A stretch of DNA of 64,000 nt from an uncultured Candidatus Saccharibacteria bacterium (GTDB taxonomy: Bacteria > Patescibacteriota > Minisyncoccia > Phycocordibacterales > UBA9973). A model generated the notes under the pieces. That model saw nothing but the letters and a program-made list of their open reading frames with translations, had not been told where the DNA came from and did not search any database. Both the position numbers and the translations under genes were made by a program. Each line of letters begins with the position of its first letter. Within the stretch, counting starts at the first letter, position 1. The stretch covers positions 32,689 through 96,688 of the forward strand of contig CAYUQD010000002.1 in assembly GCA_964446965.1 (NCBI GenBank). The letters run 5' to 3'. This document shows positions 27,577 to 36,974 of this stretch, piece after piece.

Positions 27577-29643
27577 ATGAAATTCAAACTCTCCGGAGAA
27601 TATCAGCCCGCAGGGGACCAGCCAAAGGCAATCAAGAGCCTGATCAAGGGTCTCAAGGATGGTTTGCAGATGCAAACACTTCTCGGTGCGACGGCGACCG
27701 GCAAGACATTCACCATGGCCAACATCATAGAGAGCGTCCAGAAACCGACACTTGTGATTGCGCACAACAAAACCCTCGCAGCGCAGCTCGCGCAGGAGTT
27801 CAAGAGTTATTTCCCCGACAACGTCGTGCATTACTTCGTTTCGTACTACGACTACTACCAGCCTGAGGCGTACATGCCGATCACGGATACATTCATCGAG
27901 AAGGATGCACAGATCAACAAAGAGATCGATCGACTTCGCCATGCGACAACGCAAGCCTTGCTCACACGCAAGGACGTCATCATCGTTGCATCGGTATCCT
28001 GCATCTACGGTCTCGGAAGTCCCGTGGAATATGAAAAAACTAATTTCAAAATAGAAAAGGGGATGAAGCTCTCGCGCACGCAAGCAATGGAGCGACTGAT
28101 TTCTATTCACTTCACCCGTACGACTGCAGACCTCACGAGTGGTTCATTTCGTGCACTCGGCAACAAAGTCGACGTCATGCCAGTGTCTGATACGATCATG
28201 TATCAGATCGACTTCACCGGCAACATCGTGCAGAGCATTACAAAGATAGACCCAGTATCGTCACGCATCATTGCTGACGAAGACTTTGTCTATATCTTCC
28301 CGGCAAAACACTTCATCACCAATGGCGAAGAAAAGGATCGCGCAGTCCGCGACATCCAGCATGAGCTCGATCAACAACTCAAGCACTTCGAGATAGAAGG
28401 CAAACTCCTCGAAGCAGAACGCATCAAGCGTCGTACTGCGTATGATCTCGCCATGATCAAAGAGCTCGGGTATTGTTCGGGTATCGAGAACTACTCTCGT
28501 CACATGTCGGGCAAGGCTGTCGGCGAACCGCCAGAGACATTACTCTCATACTTCCCGCACAAAGCGGACGGTAGTCCAGACTTTATGTTATTCATTGACG
28601 AGAGTCATGTGACGATCCCGCAACTCGGTGGTATGTACGCAGGGGATGCCGCGCGCAAGACAACGCTTGTTGACTTCGGATTTCGTCTGCCAAGTGCCAA
28701 GGATAACCGCCCGCTCAAATTTGAGGAATTCAAAGAGCGTATTGGGCAGACGATATTTGTCTCAGCGACTCCAGGCAAATACGAGCACGAACATTCACAG
28801 CAGGTAGTGGAGCAAATCATTCGTCCCACCGGGCTCGTGGACCCACTTGTAGAGGTGCGTCCAATCCTTGAGAATCGTGACACTGAGTACAAGGGTCAAG
28901 TATATGACTTCATTATCGAAGCAGAAAAAGAGATCGCGACTGGCGGACGCGTGCTCGCCACAACACTCACCAAACGTATGGCCGAAGATCTCTCTGCATA
29001 TCTCAAAGAAAAGAAAATCAAAGCCGAATACCTGCACTCCGATATCAAGACGATCGAACGTATCCAAATCATTACCAAATTTCGCAAAGGTGAGTTCGAC
29101 ATCCTCGTCGGGGTCAACTTGCTCCGAGAAGGACTTGATATGCCCGAAGTCTCGCTCATCGGGATCCTCGATGCGGACAAAGAGGGCTTTTTGCGAAGTG
29201 AGGTCTCGCTCATCCAGACGATTGGTCGTGCTGCCCGCAATGCCAATGGTCGCGTCATTCTCTATGCTGACAACATGACAGGTTCGATGGAGCGCGCTAT
29301 CGGCGAGACCACTCGTCGCCGAGAGAAACAGCTCGCATACAACAAAGAGCATGGCATCACCCCAAAGACTATTTCTAAGATCATTCGTGATATCACCGAA
29401 GGTATGGAGACTGACCACAGCAAGGCCGTCAATGCAGAGCTCGCGCTCGACCTCGCACTCTTTGCTCAGATCGAGAAGGATCAAAAGGGGAGAAAGACCA
29501 AAGGGCAAAATCCTATTGAAAAGTTGATCAAGATAAAGGAAGCCGAAATGAAAGAAGCAGTGAAACTCCTCGACTTTGAGACTGCCGCAATACTACGTGA
29601 TGAGATCGGGGTGTTGAGAGAGAAGACGTATATCAATCCATAG
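27577..29643 (+). CDS. uvrB: excinuclease ABC subunit B
   Basis: FKLSGEYQPAGDQPKAI N-terminus, GATATGKT Walker A, helicase motifs. Confidence 0.95.
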   Translation: MKFKLSGEYQPAGDQPKAIKSLIKGLKDGLQMQTLLGATATGKTFTMANIIESVQKPTLVIAHNKTLAAQLAQEFKSYFPDNVVHYFVSYYDYYQPEAYMPITDTFIEKDAQINKEIDRLRHATTQALLTRKDVIIVASVSCIYGLGSPVEYEKTNFKIEKGMKLSRTQAMERLISIHFTRTTADLTSGSFRALGNKVDVMPVSDTIMYQIDFTGNIVQSITKIDPVSSRIIADEDFVYIFPAKHFITNGEEKDRAVRDIQHELDQQLKHFEIEGKLLEAERIKRRTAYDLAMIKELGYCSGIENYSRHMSGKAVGEPPETLLSYFPHKADGSPDFMLFIDESHVTIPQLGGMYAGDAARKTTLVDFGFRLPSAKDNRPLKFEEFKERIGQTIFVSATPGKYEHEHSQQVVEQIIRPTGLVDPLVEVRPILENRDTEYKGQVYDFIIEAEKEIATGGRVLATTLTKRMAEDLSAYLKEKKIKAEYLHSDIKTIERIQIITKFRKGEFDILVGVNLLREGLDMPEVSLIGILDADKEGFLRSEVSLIQTIGRAARNANGRVILYADNMTGSMERAIGETTRRREKQLAYNKEHGITPKTISKIIRDITEGMETDHSKAVNAELALDLALFAQIEKDQKGRKTKGQNPIEKLIKIKEAEMKEAVKLLDFETAAILRDEIGVLREKTYINP

Positions 29644-29657
29644 GGTACACTATCTCC

Positions 29658-30053
29658 ATGCAAACATATCAATGGTACAGCACACTCCAGAAGCCATCGT
29701 GGGCACCTCCGAGCTGGCTCTTTGGGCCGGTGTGGACAGTACTCTATATCATCATTGCGATTTCGTTTGGGTCAGTGTTTTATAAGGTCGCAACCAAAGC
29801 TATCGCACCTGTAGTAGCATTGCCATTTGTATTGAACCTTATCTTCAACGCTTCGTTTACATACTTTCAATTTGGTCTCAAGAACAACCTGCTCGCTTCG
29901 ATCGATATCCTCCTTGTGCTCGGTACACTCATCTGGGCAATGATCGCTATCTACCCGCACCTCCGGTGGGTCGCGCTCGTCAACATTCCTTATCTGGTGT
30001 GGGTTATATTTGCAACAGTATTGCAGCTGACGATCACGTGGATGAATGCATAA
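29658..30053 (+). CDS. tspO: TspO/MBR-family tryptophan-rich sensory protein (short form)
   Basis: WYSTLQKPSWAPPSWLFGPVWTVLY is the hallmark TspO motif. 131 aa. Confidence 0.7.
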   Translation: MQTYQWYSTLQKPSWAPPSWLFGPVWTVLYIIIAISFGSVFYKVATKAIAPVVALPFVLNLIFNASFTYFQFGLKNNLLASIDILLVLGTLIWAMIAIYPHLRWVALVNIPYLVWVIFATVLQLTITWMNA

Positions 30054-30081
30054 ATAAAAAACGCCCGACTGCTGTCGGGCG
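30053..30081 (-). terminator. intrinsic terminator oriented for the minus strand (CGCCCGACtgctGTCGGGCG, U-run on minus)
   Basis: 8-bp GC stem. The A9 run on the plus side becomes a U-run on the minus transcript. Confidence 0.55.
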
Positions 30082-30086
30082 CATGA

Positions 30087-30395
30087 TTACTGGTTCAATG
30101 GAACCAAGATAAGTTTTTGTATTGTTTCATCTTTTTTTTCAGACTTGCGACATTTACAAATGTAGGTCTGATTATCTTTGAGGCTACTAAAATGGATGTC
30201 ACATTCCGGGGACAAAATAAATTTTTGTTTCAAACCTTTTTTGTTGGGTGCTTGATCTTCCAAACAAAACCACTCTTTTGCATGAGGGTGAGGTTTTTTT
30301 TCGAATGTGTGACCTATTTCTGTAAACGAAAGAAAAAAAAGTTTTTGACTGGGTCTGAAAAGAGAAATAAGAGCAGATTTTATTATCTGGTACAT
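30087..30395 (-). CDS. hypothetical small Cys-containing protein (possible zinc ribbon) in homopolymer-rich AT region
   Basis: The ORF ends right at the minus-strand terminator. FCLED...C...CKC has four cysteines. Could instead be non-coding. Confidence 0.2.
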   Translation of the reverse strand: MYQIIKSALISLFRPSQKLFFLSFTEIGHTFEKKPHPHAKEWFCLEDQAPNKKGLKQKFILSPECDIHFSSLKDNQTYICKCRKSEKKDETIQKLILVPLNQ

Positions 30396-30434
30396 AAGTT
30401 GTTTTTTTACAGTATAGGACGATTAATCCTTCTG

Positions 30435-30881
30435 TCAAGTTTTGCGAGGTAGTGGGTGGAGGTGTGCGGCGATACCAATAGCTGCTGCGATGATGACGAG
30501 GTTTTTGATGATGTACTGCCCGACGATTGTTGGGACAAATGGTGCCTGCCAGGATTCGGTAGGGAGGAATATTAACGGCAGGAATGTCGTAATCATATGG
30601 AATAGAAGGAGGGGGAGAACGATACGTTCTGCACCCTTGATGAGAAAGAGGATACCGATGATGCATTCAAGTGCAGCAAAGAGCATATAGAATGTCGCGA
30701 ACGGCATGAAGTGTATCGTCTGATCAAAGAGTCCGTGGACGAGCCCTCCTGCAGGTGAGAGACCCAATAGTTTCAGTAATCCGAACCAAAAGAACACCAC
30801 AAAGAGAGATACTCGTGCCGCAGGGATACTAATGCGTCGAAAGAAGTGAATGATTGATGAATCTGTTTTTGATATTTCCAT
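30435..30881 (-). CDS. DoxX-family four-TM membrane protein
   Basis: RISIPAARVSLFVVFFWFGLLKLLG fits the DoxX N-terminal pattern. About 148 aa. Confidence 0.5.
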   Translation of the reverse strand: MEISKTDSSIIHFFRRISIPAARVSLFVVFFWFGLLKLLGLSPAGGLVHGLFDQTIHFMPFATFYMLFAALECIIGILFLIKGAERIVLPLLLFHMITTFLPLIFLPTESWQAPFVPTIVGQYIIKNLVIIAAAIGIAAHLHPLPRKT

Positions 30882-30908
30882 ATATTAAAGTATACAACTA
30901 AGGAAGGA

Positions 30909-30971
30909 AAAAGGGGGTATCTTTGGAGAACTGTTTGAGCGTAGCGAGTTTTCGGAAAAGATACCCCTTTT
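30909..30971. repeat. long inverted repeat AAAGGGGGTATCTTT ... AAAGATACCCCTTTT (about 33-nt loop) upstream of uvrA
   Basis: Read directly. Lies between divergent DoxX and uvrA. Confidence 0.8.
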
Positions 30972-31046
30972 GGATGACGAAGCTTGTCATATATGGTAAA
31001 GTGTACCTTATATACCCCTATACGCCACTGCGAGGGGATTTCGCAT

Positions 31047-33704
31047 ATGACCAACAAACCTTCCGACCCAAAACCAAAAAAGAAAGACATCAAAGATCAG
31101 GGCTATATCGTCGTCAAAGGTGCGCGCACCCACAACCTCAAGAACATCTCAGTCGAGATCCCGCGCGGTACAATGACCGCTATTACTGGACTCTCTGGAT
31201 CGGGCAAGAGTTCGCTCGCCTTTGATACGATATTTGCCGAAGGGCAACGACGCTATGTGGAAAGTCTCTCCTCATATGCGAGACAATTCTTGAATCAAAT
31301 GCCAAAGCCCGACGTCGACGAGATCACCGGACTCTCGCCAGCGATCTCCATTGACCAGAAGTCTCGCTCCAACAACCCTCGTTCTACTGTCGCAACCATC
31401 ACTGAGATCTACGACTATCTCCGTGTGCTCTATGCGCGCATCGGCAAGGCATACTGTCCTGTCTGTGGCACGCTCATCACAAAGCTCTCTCCCGAAGAAA
31501 TCAATACATTTATCCTCGCAAAGATAAAAGACGTCAGCAAAAAAGAAACTGCCCAAACAAAAAAAGTTATGGGAGTCGAGTTCAACGACACACGCATCCA
31601 GATCTATGCCCCGATCGTCCGTGGTCGCAAGGGTGAATACTATCAGCTACTCTATGATTTGCTCGGCAAAGGCTTCACAACAGTACGCGTCGATGGCAAG
31701 ATCCATCAGTTGCGCGAGCGCATCGACCTCAAAAAGAATGACAAACACACCATCGAAGTACTCGTCGATGAACTCGCCGTGCACGAGTTCAAGGACAATC
31801 CTCGTGATGCAGAGCTCCGACTCTTTGAAGGGGTAGAGCGTGCACTACTCGAAGCTGACGGACTCGTCCAAGTTGTGATCGGCAAAAGTGAAGACTTTGA
31901 GATGCAGACAGAATCAATGCAAGAATTCTTGCTCTCATCCAAATTCTCATGCCCAAATGATGGCTATAGTTTCCCGGAGATCGAGCCTCGACTCTTTTCA
32001 TTCAACTCTCCATATGGCGCATGTCCTGAGTGTAATGGTATTGGTACCAAATTTTTTGGTGGTACAGAGCCGTGTCCAGTATGTGAAGGCAAGCGACTTC
32101 GGCCCGAAGCACTCAATGTGTTCCTCGAGACTCCCAAGTCAAAGACTAATGTTGTGGACCTCACCAGTTTCTCTGTCGAAGAAGCATTCGACTTTTTTGC
32201 GACACTCAAACTCTCTGCAAAGGATCGTGAGATCGGCAAAGCTATACTCAAGGAGATCGAAGACCGCCTCACATTTCTCCTCAATGTCGGGCTCGAGTAC
32301 CTCGCACTCTCTCGTACGGCCAACACGCTCTCTGGTGGCGAGGCACAACGTATCCGACTCGCGTCCCAGCTCGGCTCACGTCTCGTCGGCGCACTCTATG
32401 TACTCGATGAACCCACGATCGGTCTCCATCAGCGCGACAACGAACGTCTCATCCGTACACTCGAAGATCTGCGCGATCTGGGCAACACGATCATTGTTGT
32501 CGAACACGACGAGGACACCATCCTCGCATCAGACTTCATGGTAGAGATCGGTCCCAAGGCCGGGATCCATGGCGGACAAGTCATCGTCGCAGATCACCTC
32601 CAGACACTTCTCAATGCAAAGAAAAATGATAGTGGCTCTCGCACGCTCGCATATCTACGCAAGGATGAAGAAATCGAAATCCCTGAGAAGCGTCGCGATA
32701 CAGACAAAGGTACGATCAAGGTAGTCGGCGCCAACCTCCACAACATGCACAATCAGAACATCGATGTACCACTCGGTCGCATGGTTGCCATCACGGGAGT
32801 ATCGGGGTCGGGCAAGAGTACATTCCTCTATGATGTGTTGTACAAGAACTTGCAAGCCAGATTTGACCGCAAACTCCGCAGTGCACAGGTGTACAATGCG
32901 GCCTCATTCACCGGGAGTGAGTACCTCGCTCGTGCCATCATGATCGACCAGTCTCCGATCGGACGTACTCCTCGCAGCAACATCGCGACATACACCGGAG
33001 CGTTCACCCACATTCGTGAGATATTTGCCGCTACCGAAGAAGCTCGTCTGCGCGGATGGAAGCTCAATAGATTTTCATTCAATGTCAAAGGTGGTCGCTG
33101 CGAAGCCTGCGAAGGTAACGGTGAGATCGCAGTCGAGATGCACTTCCTCCCGACGGTATATGTGACCTGTGATGTCTGCAACGGCAAGAGATTTGACAAA
33201 GAAACCCTCACCGTCAAATACAAGCGCAAGAATATCTACGATGTACTCCAGCTCTCAGTCGAAGAAGCACTCGAATTCTTTATGGATATTCCTGCGATCA
33301 GTGATAGGTTGAAAACTCTCAACGATGTCGGGTTGGGGTATGTAAAATTGGGACAAAGCGCCACAACACTCTCTGGGGGAGAAGCACAACGTGTAAAGAT
33401 TGCGAGTGAGCTCTACCGTCCATTCTTAGAAAAAACAATCTATCTGTTGGACGAACCAACCGTTGGGCTCCACTATGATGATGTCAAGAATCTGATCGGG
33501 GTTCTCAACAGACTCGTCGCAAAGGGCAACACCGTCGTTGTGATCGAGCACAACCTCGACCTCATCAAATGCGCCGACTACATCATCGACTTTGGCCCCG
33601 AAGGTGGAGTCCATGGTGGCAAGGTTGTCGCAAAAGGAACTCCCGAAGATGTTGCGAATAATAAAAATTCTCATACGGGAAGTTATCTGAAGAAGTTGGT
33701 ATAA
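31047..33704 (+). CDS. uvrA: excinuclease ABC subunit A
   Basis: Two ABC modules ([14 protein letters not shown]... and [13 protein letters not shown]...), zinc-finger Cys clusters, LSGGEAQR signature twice. ORF-track start at 30984 trimmed to ATG at 31047. Confidence 0.95.
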   Translation: MTNKPSDPKPKKKDIKDQGYIVVKGARTHNLKNISVEIPRGTMTAITGLSGSGKSSLAFDTIFAEGQRRYVESLSSYARQFLNQMPKPDVDEITGLSPAISIDQKSRSNNPRSTVATITEIYDYLRVLYARIGKAYCPVCGTLITKLSPEEINTFILAKIKDVSKKETAQTKKVMGVEFNDTRIQIYAPIVRGRKGEYYQLLYDLLGKGFTTVRVDGKIHQLRERIDLKKNDKHTIEVLVDELAVHEFKDNPRDAELRLFEGVERALLEADGLVQVVIGKSEDFEMQTESMQEFLLSSKFSCPNDGYSFPEIEPRLFSFNSPYGACPECNGIGTKFFGGTEPCPVCEGKRLRPEALNVFLETPKSKTNVVDLTSFSVEEAFDFFATLKLSAKDREIGKAILKEIEDRLTFLLNVGLEYLALSRTANTLSGGEAQRIRLASQLGSRLVGALYVLDEPTIGLHQRDNERLIRTLEDLRDLGNTIIVVEHDEDTILASDFMVEIGPKAGIHGGQVIVADHLQTLLNAKKNDSGSRTLAYLRKDEEIEIPEKRRDTDKGTIKVVGANLHNMHNQNIDVPLGRMVAITGVSGSGKSTFLYDVLYKNLQARFDRKLRSAQVYNAASFTGSEYLARAIMIDQSPIGRTPRSNIATYTGAFTHIREIFAATEEARLRGWKLNRFSFNVKGGRCEACEGNGEIAVEMHFLPTVYVTCDVCNGKRFDKETLTVKYKRKNIYDVLQLSVEEALEFFMDIPAISDRLKTLNDVGLGYVKLGQSATTLSGGEAQRVKIASELYRPFLEKTIYLLDEPTVGLHYDDVKNLIGVLNRLVAKGNTVVVIEHNLDLIKCADYIIDFGPEGGVHGGKVVAKGTPEDVANNKNSHTGSYLKKLV

Positions 33705-33712
33705 AAATGCAC

Positions 33713-33748
33713 ATAAAAAAGCCCCGAATTATCGGGGCTTTACCTTTT
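33713..33748. terminator. bidirectional terminator (AAAAAGCCCCGAattaTCGGGGCTTT)
   Basis: Perfect 7-bp GC stem flanked by an A-run and a T-rich stretch, between convergent genes. Confidence 0.7.
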
Positions 33749-34712
33749 AGGGTTTAATTTTTAGTTCAATCTTCAATCTTATTTCATCTTCTGCAGTAAT
33801 CAAAGAACTTGTTACTGATTTTGTTAAAACCTTTTTCACAAATTTTTTGTGTAATTCTAACATACCTTCTTCCATTCTCAGTTCTATTGATAGGATTTCA
33901 ATTGCATAATCAGCAAATCTTTCGGTTTGTGCTTTTGTAAGGCCGTGCTTTGTTGCTAATTTTTCAATTTTTTCTTCCAACGTATCTTCTTTTGGAAGCT
34001 CACTTACAGTTTCAGTTGTTTTTTCTTTTTCAATAATTGTAGCCTTTGAAGGAGTTTTTACTTTGATAACTTCAAAACCTGTTCGCTCCCCAAGTCTAGT
34101 AAGGAATGCATTGCTTTCATCATTTGAAGCACTTGTGTTTAAGGTGATAAGGTCAACCTTGTTGTTAATGATAGCAATTGCTTTTTCTTCAAGATCTTCA
34201 GTTGTTTCTGCAGTAATACTAATATTAATAGGTTTTTCTGCGGGTTTTTTGGCCTTCTCTTTTTCTTCTTCGGTAAGAATTTCTTCCGGAGGTTCTGTAG
34301 AAATTATTTTATTCATAATTTCATAGTGATCTCCTGAGATAAGAAACAGTTGCTTTGTAGTATCAGATTTTCCCAGACCATTTGTAACTTCAAGTTCTAT
34401 AATAGTCCGGCTATCACTGTACATATCAGCGGCCCTCTTGTAGATCGCAAGAAATTCCTGGCTGGTTGTTGTATTTACAATAACCAGCTCTGCCGAACTT
34501 TGCATTTCTTCAAAGGGAAGTCTCTCTCTTCTGAGAGCAACATTATGATCAAACTGATGTGGGGTGCCTTCTTTAATTTTATCTTTTATTTCCTGCGTTA
34601 CAATATCGCCTGAAATAACTCTTAATTGGGTAGGTTTTGGGAAACCTATTTTGAGGCGATTTAGGAGGTTATCGACATCTCCCGATGCGAATATCGCGAT
34701 TTTTTGGCTCAT
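33747..34712 (-). CDS. hypothetical protein with internally repeated alpha/beta module and Glu/Lys-rich linker, AT-rich
   Basis: IAIFASGDVDNLLNRL...VISGDIV and IAIINNKVDLITLNTSA...FEVIKV look like a duplicated module. No family recognised. Confidence 0.4.
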   Translation of the reverse strand: MSQKIAIFASGDVDNLLNRLKIGFPKPTQLRVISGDIVTQEIKDKIKEGTPHQFDHNVALRRERLPFEEMQSSAELVIVNTTTSQEFLAIYKRAADMYSDSRTIIELEVTNGLGKSDTTKQLFLISGDHYEIMNKIISTEPPEEILTEEEKEKAKKPAEKPINISITAETTEDLEEKAIAIINNKVDLITLNTSASNDESNAFLTRLGERTGFEVIKVKTPSKATIIEKEKTTETVSELPKEDTLEEKIEKLATKHGLTKAQTERFADYAIEILSIELRMEEGMLELHKKFVKKVLTKSVTSSLITAEDEIRLKIELKIKP

Positions 34713-34779
34713 ACATTATGGGTTTATTTTGTTATGAAATTTTTCTTCATACTACTTATTTTCCCAAAATTGTCAAGTT

Positions 34780-34804
34780 TTAACCCCGCTGATGGCGGGG
34801 TTTG
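34780..34804 (-). terminator. hairpin AACCCCGCtgatGGCGGGGTT downstream of the small minus gene
   Basis: 8-bp GC stem. T-richness is only moderate. Confidence 0.4.
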
Positions 34805-34819
34805 ATATGATGAATATGA

Positions 34820-35014
34820 TTAGCGAAAACGGTTGTTTACGAATCCTTCTTTGTGAGAAGGGTCGCCTAACTGCTTGATAGTGATACGGGGCTGTCGCTC
34901 ATTGTTCTCAATGAGGGTTGCCGAAGGTGTAGCCATAAGGGCACTAAATGAAGTACCAAATATAACTACTGAAATGGCGAGAATGATCATTGCCGAGCTA
35001 AGTATTCTTTTCAT
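34820..35014 (-). CDS. small signal-peptide/TM protein, hypothetical (64 aa)
   Basis: Hydrophobic N-terminus MKRILSSAMIILAISVVIFG. Confidence 0.3.
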   Translation of the reverse strand: MKRILSSAMIILAISVVIFGTSFSALMATPSATLIENNERQPRITIKQLGDPSHKEGFVNNRFR

Positions 35015-35067
35015 GGCCGTACGATTTGGTGAGGAATGATTGTTTATCTATATGATACTCTTCTTGT

Positions 35068-35718
35068 ATGACGAGTCAACAAATAGCACAATCTAAGGCG
35101 ATTTGGGCAACTATTGGCCCAGTGCTACTCAAGCACTACCGTCGCGACGAGACATTCCTCGACTACCAGAACCCATGGCAGCTGAGCGTTGTTGTCACAC
35201 TCTCTGCACAGACAACTGATGATGCGGTGAACAAAGTGACACCGTTATTGTTCAAGACATTCCCAACACCTGACGCACTGGCAAAAGCTCCTATCACAAA
35301 GATAGAAAAAATAATTGGAAGCCTCGGCTTTTATCATTCCAAGGCCAAATATATCAAGGCCGCTGCTGCAATAGTCCACAACGACTGGCACGGAATCATC
35401 CCGCACATTCCCGAACAATTACAAAAGCTTCCCGGGATTGGTCGCAAAGGATCTATCGCAGTCATTAGTAATGCGTATCCAAAATTTGCCAACATCGGGA
35501 TCCCTGTCGACACGCATGTCATCAGATTTGTAAAAAGATTTCGTCTCACCAAGGCAACTGACCCGAGCAAGATAGAGCAAGATTTGTTACAAATAATCCC
35601 CAAGAAGGATTGGAAACGCGCCGGCTACGCCATCAAGGAATACGGGAGAAAGGAAGGGAAGGCGAGGGGGTATAAACCAGAGGTAGATCCACTTATGCAG
35701 ATTTTTGTGGTACAATAG
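35068..35718 (+). CDS. nth: HhH-GPD family DNA glycosylase (endonuclease III-like, no Fe-S cluster motif seen)
   Basis: LPGIGRKGS helix-hairpin-helix and VDTHV catalytic region. No C-terminal Cys cluster. Confidence 0.65.
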   Translation: MTSQQIAQSKAIWATIGPVLLKHYRRDETFLDYQNPWQLSVVVTLSAQTTDDAVNKVTPLLFKTFPTPDALAKAPITKIEKIIGSLGFYHSKAKYIKAAAAIVHNDWHGIIPHIPEQLQKLPGIGRKGSIAVISNAYPKFANIGIPVDTHVIRFVKRFRLTKATDPSKIEQDLLQIIPKKDWKRAGYAIKEYGRKEGKARGYKPEVDPLMQIFVVQ

Positions 35719-35722
35719 ATTT

Positions 35723-36967
35723 ATGATTCGTCAAGATTTGGACAATCTCGAATTGCCACAGACCCCAGGGGTCTATTTTTGGCGTGATAACTCCAACAAT
35801 ATTCTCTATATTGGCAAGGCAACCAACCTCCGCGATCGCACCCGCAGCTACTTTGCTCCCGACCTGATCAAGACTCGCGGCCCTCGCCTCGTCGACATGG
35901 TATTCAAGTCTTCGACCGTGACATGGCAAGAAACGTCGAGTGTCCTCGAAGCATTGATCCTCGAAGCCAACCTTATCAAACAGTACCAACCGTACTACAA
36001 CCGCGATGAGAAGGACGACAAGAGTTTCAATTGTGTCGCCATTACCAAAGAAGACTTCCCGAGGATTCTCCTCGTCCGCAAAAAGGATGTGGACGAACGC
36101 GCAAAGACTGTGCGACCGCTTCGTTCCAAAGTCGCTATCAAATACGACACAGTATTTGGTCCGTACCCACATGGTTCGTCGCTCAAAGAAGCACTGCGCA
36201 TTATCCGTGGCATATTTCCATTTCGCGATCGAGCGAGCGCAATGAAGGACAAGGAAGCGTTCTATCAACAGATCGATCTCTCACCGGCGACTGCAACAGC
36301 TGAGGACAAAGCCAACTATCGCAAAACGATCGGGCGTATCAAGATGATGCTCCAAGGCAAGTTCTCGTCGCTCAAGACCGAGCTCAAACGCGAGATGACC
36401 GCCGCCGCAAAATCTGAGCAGTTCGAAGAGGCCAATGATATCAAACACAAACTCTTTGCACTCGAACATATCAAGGACGTGTCACTCATCAAGCGTGAGC
36501 TCGTCACTGGCAATACTGACGAGACGTTCCGTATCGAGGCATACGACATCGCACACCTCTCGGGCAAGCAGATGGTGGGAGTGATGACTGTCGTCGAGAA
36601 TGCCACCGCAAACAAAAATGAATATCGCAAATTTATTATCAAAGGGTTCGATACTGCCAACGACCCTGGCGCACTGCGTGAGATACTCACTCGACGCCTC
36701 GCGCATACTGAGTGGCGCTACCCTGATGTGATCGTCGTCGATGGCAACATCATTCAGATCAATGCAGCAAAGAGTGTGCTCGATGAAGTACAACTCGCTA
36801 TCCCAATTGTTGCAGTGACCAAGGACGAACATCACCGTGCAAAGTCTCTATCTGGTCCAACAGAACTCATCGAGCTCCACAAATACGGCATCTTGCTCGC
36901 CAATGCAGAGAGTCATCGCTTCGCCATTACTTTCCACAAGGCACGACGGAGCAAGGCAATGCTATAA
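35723..36967 (+). CDS. uvrC: excinuclease ABC subunit C (short form lacking C-terminal HhH region)
   Basis: GIY-YIG domain (GVYFWRD...ILYIGKATNLRDR) and a UVR-like domain. 415 aa from ATG at 35723; ORF-track start at 35705. Confidence 0.65.
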   Translation: MIRQDLDNLELPQTPGVYFWRDNSNNILYIGKATNLRDRTRSYFAPDLIKTRGPRLVDMVFKSSTVTWQETSSVLEALILEANLIKQYQPYYNRDEKDDKSFNCVAITKEDFPRILLVRKKDVDERAKTVRPLRSKVAIKYDTVFGPYPHGSSLKEALRIIRGIFPFRDRASAMKDKEAFYQQIDLSPATATAEDKANYRKTIGRIKMMLQGKFSSLKTELKREMTAAAKSEQFEEANDIKHKLFALEHIKDVSLIKRELVTGNTDETFRIEAYDIAHLSGKQMVGVMTVVENATANKNEYRKFIIKGFDTANDPGALREILTRRLAHTEWRYPDVIVVDGNIIQINAAKSVLDEVQLAIPIVAVTKDEHHRAKSLSGPTELIELHKYGILLANAESHRFAITFHKARRSKAML

Positions 36968-36974
36968 TATATTC

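Noticed and set aside
30117-30452. 111-aa plus-strand ORF in the homopolymer-rich region
   Set aside because: Its translation is dominated by Phe/Leu/Lys from poly-T/poly-A tracts. No promoter or terminator logic was seen.
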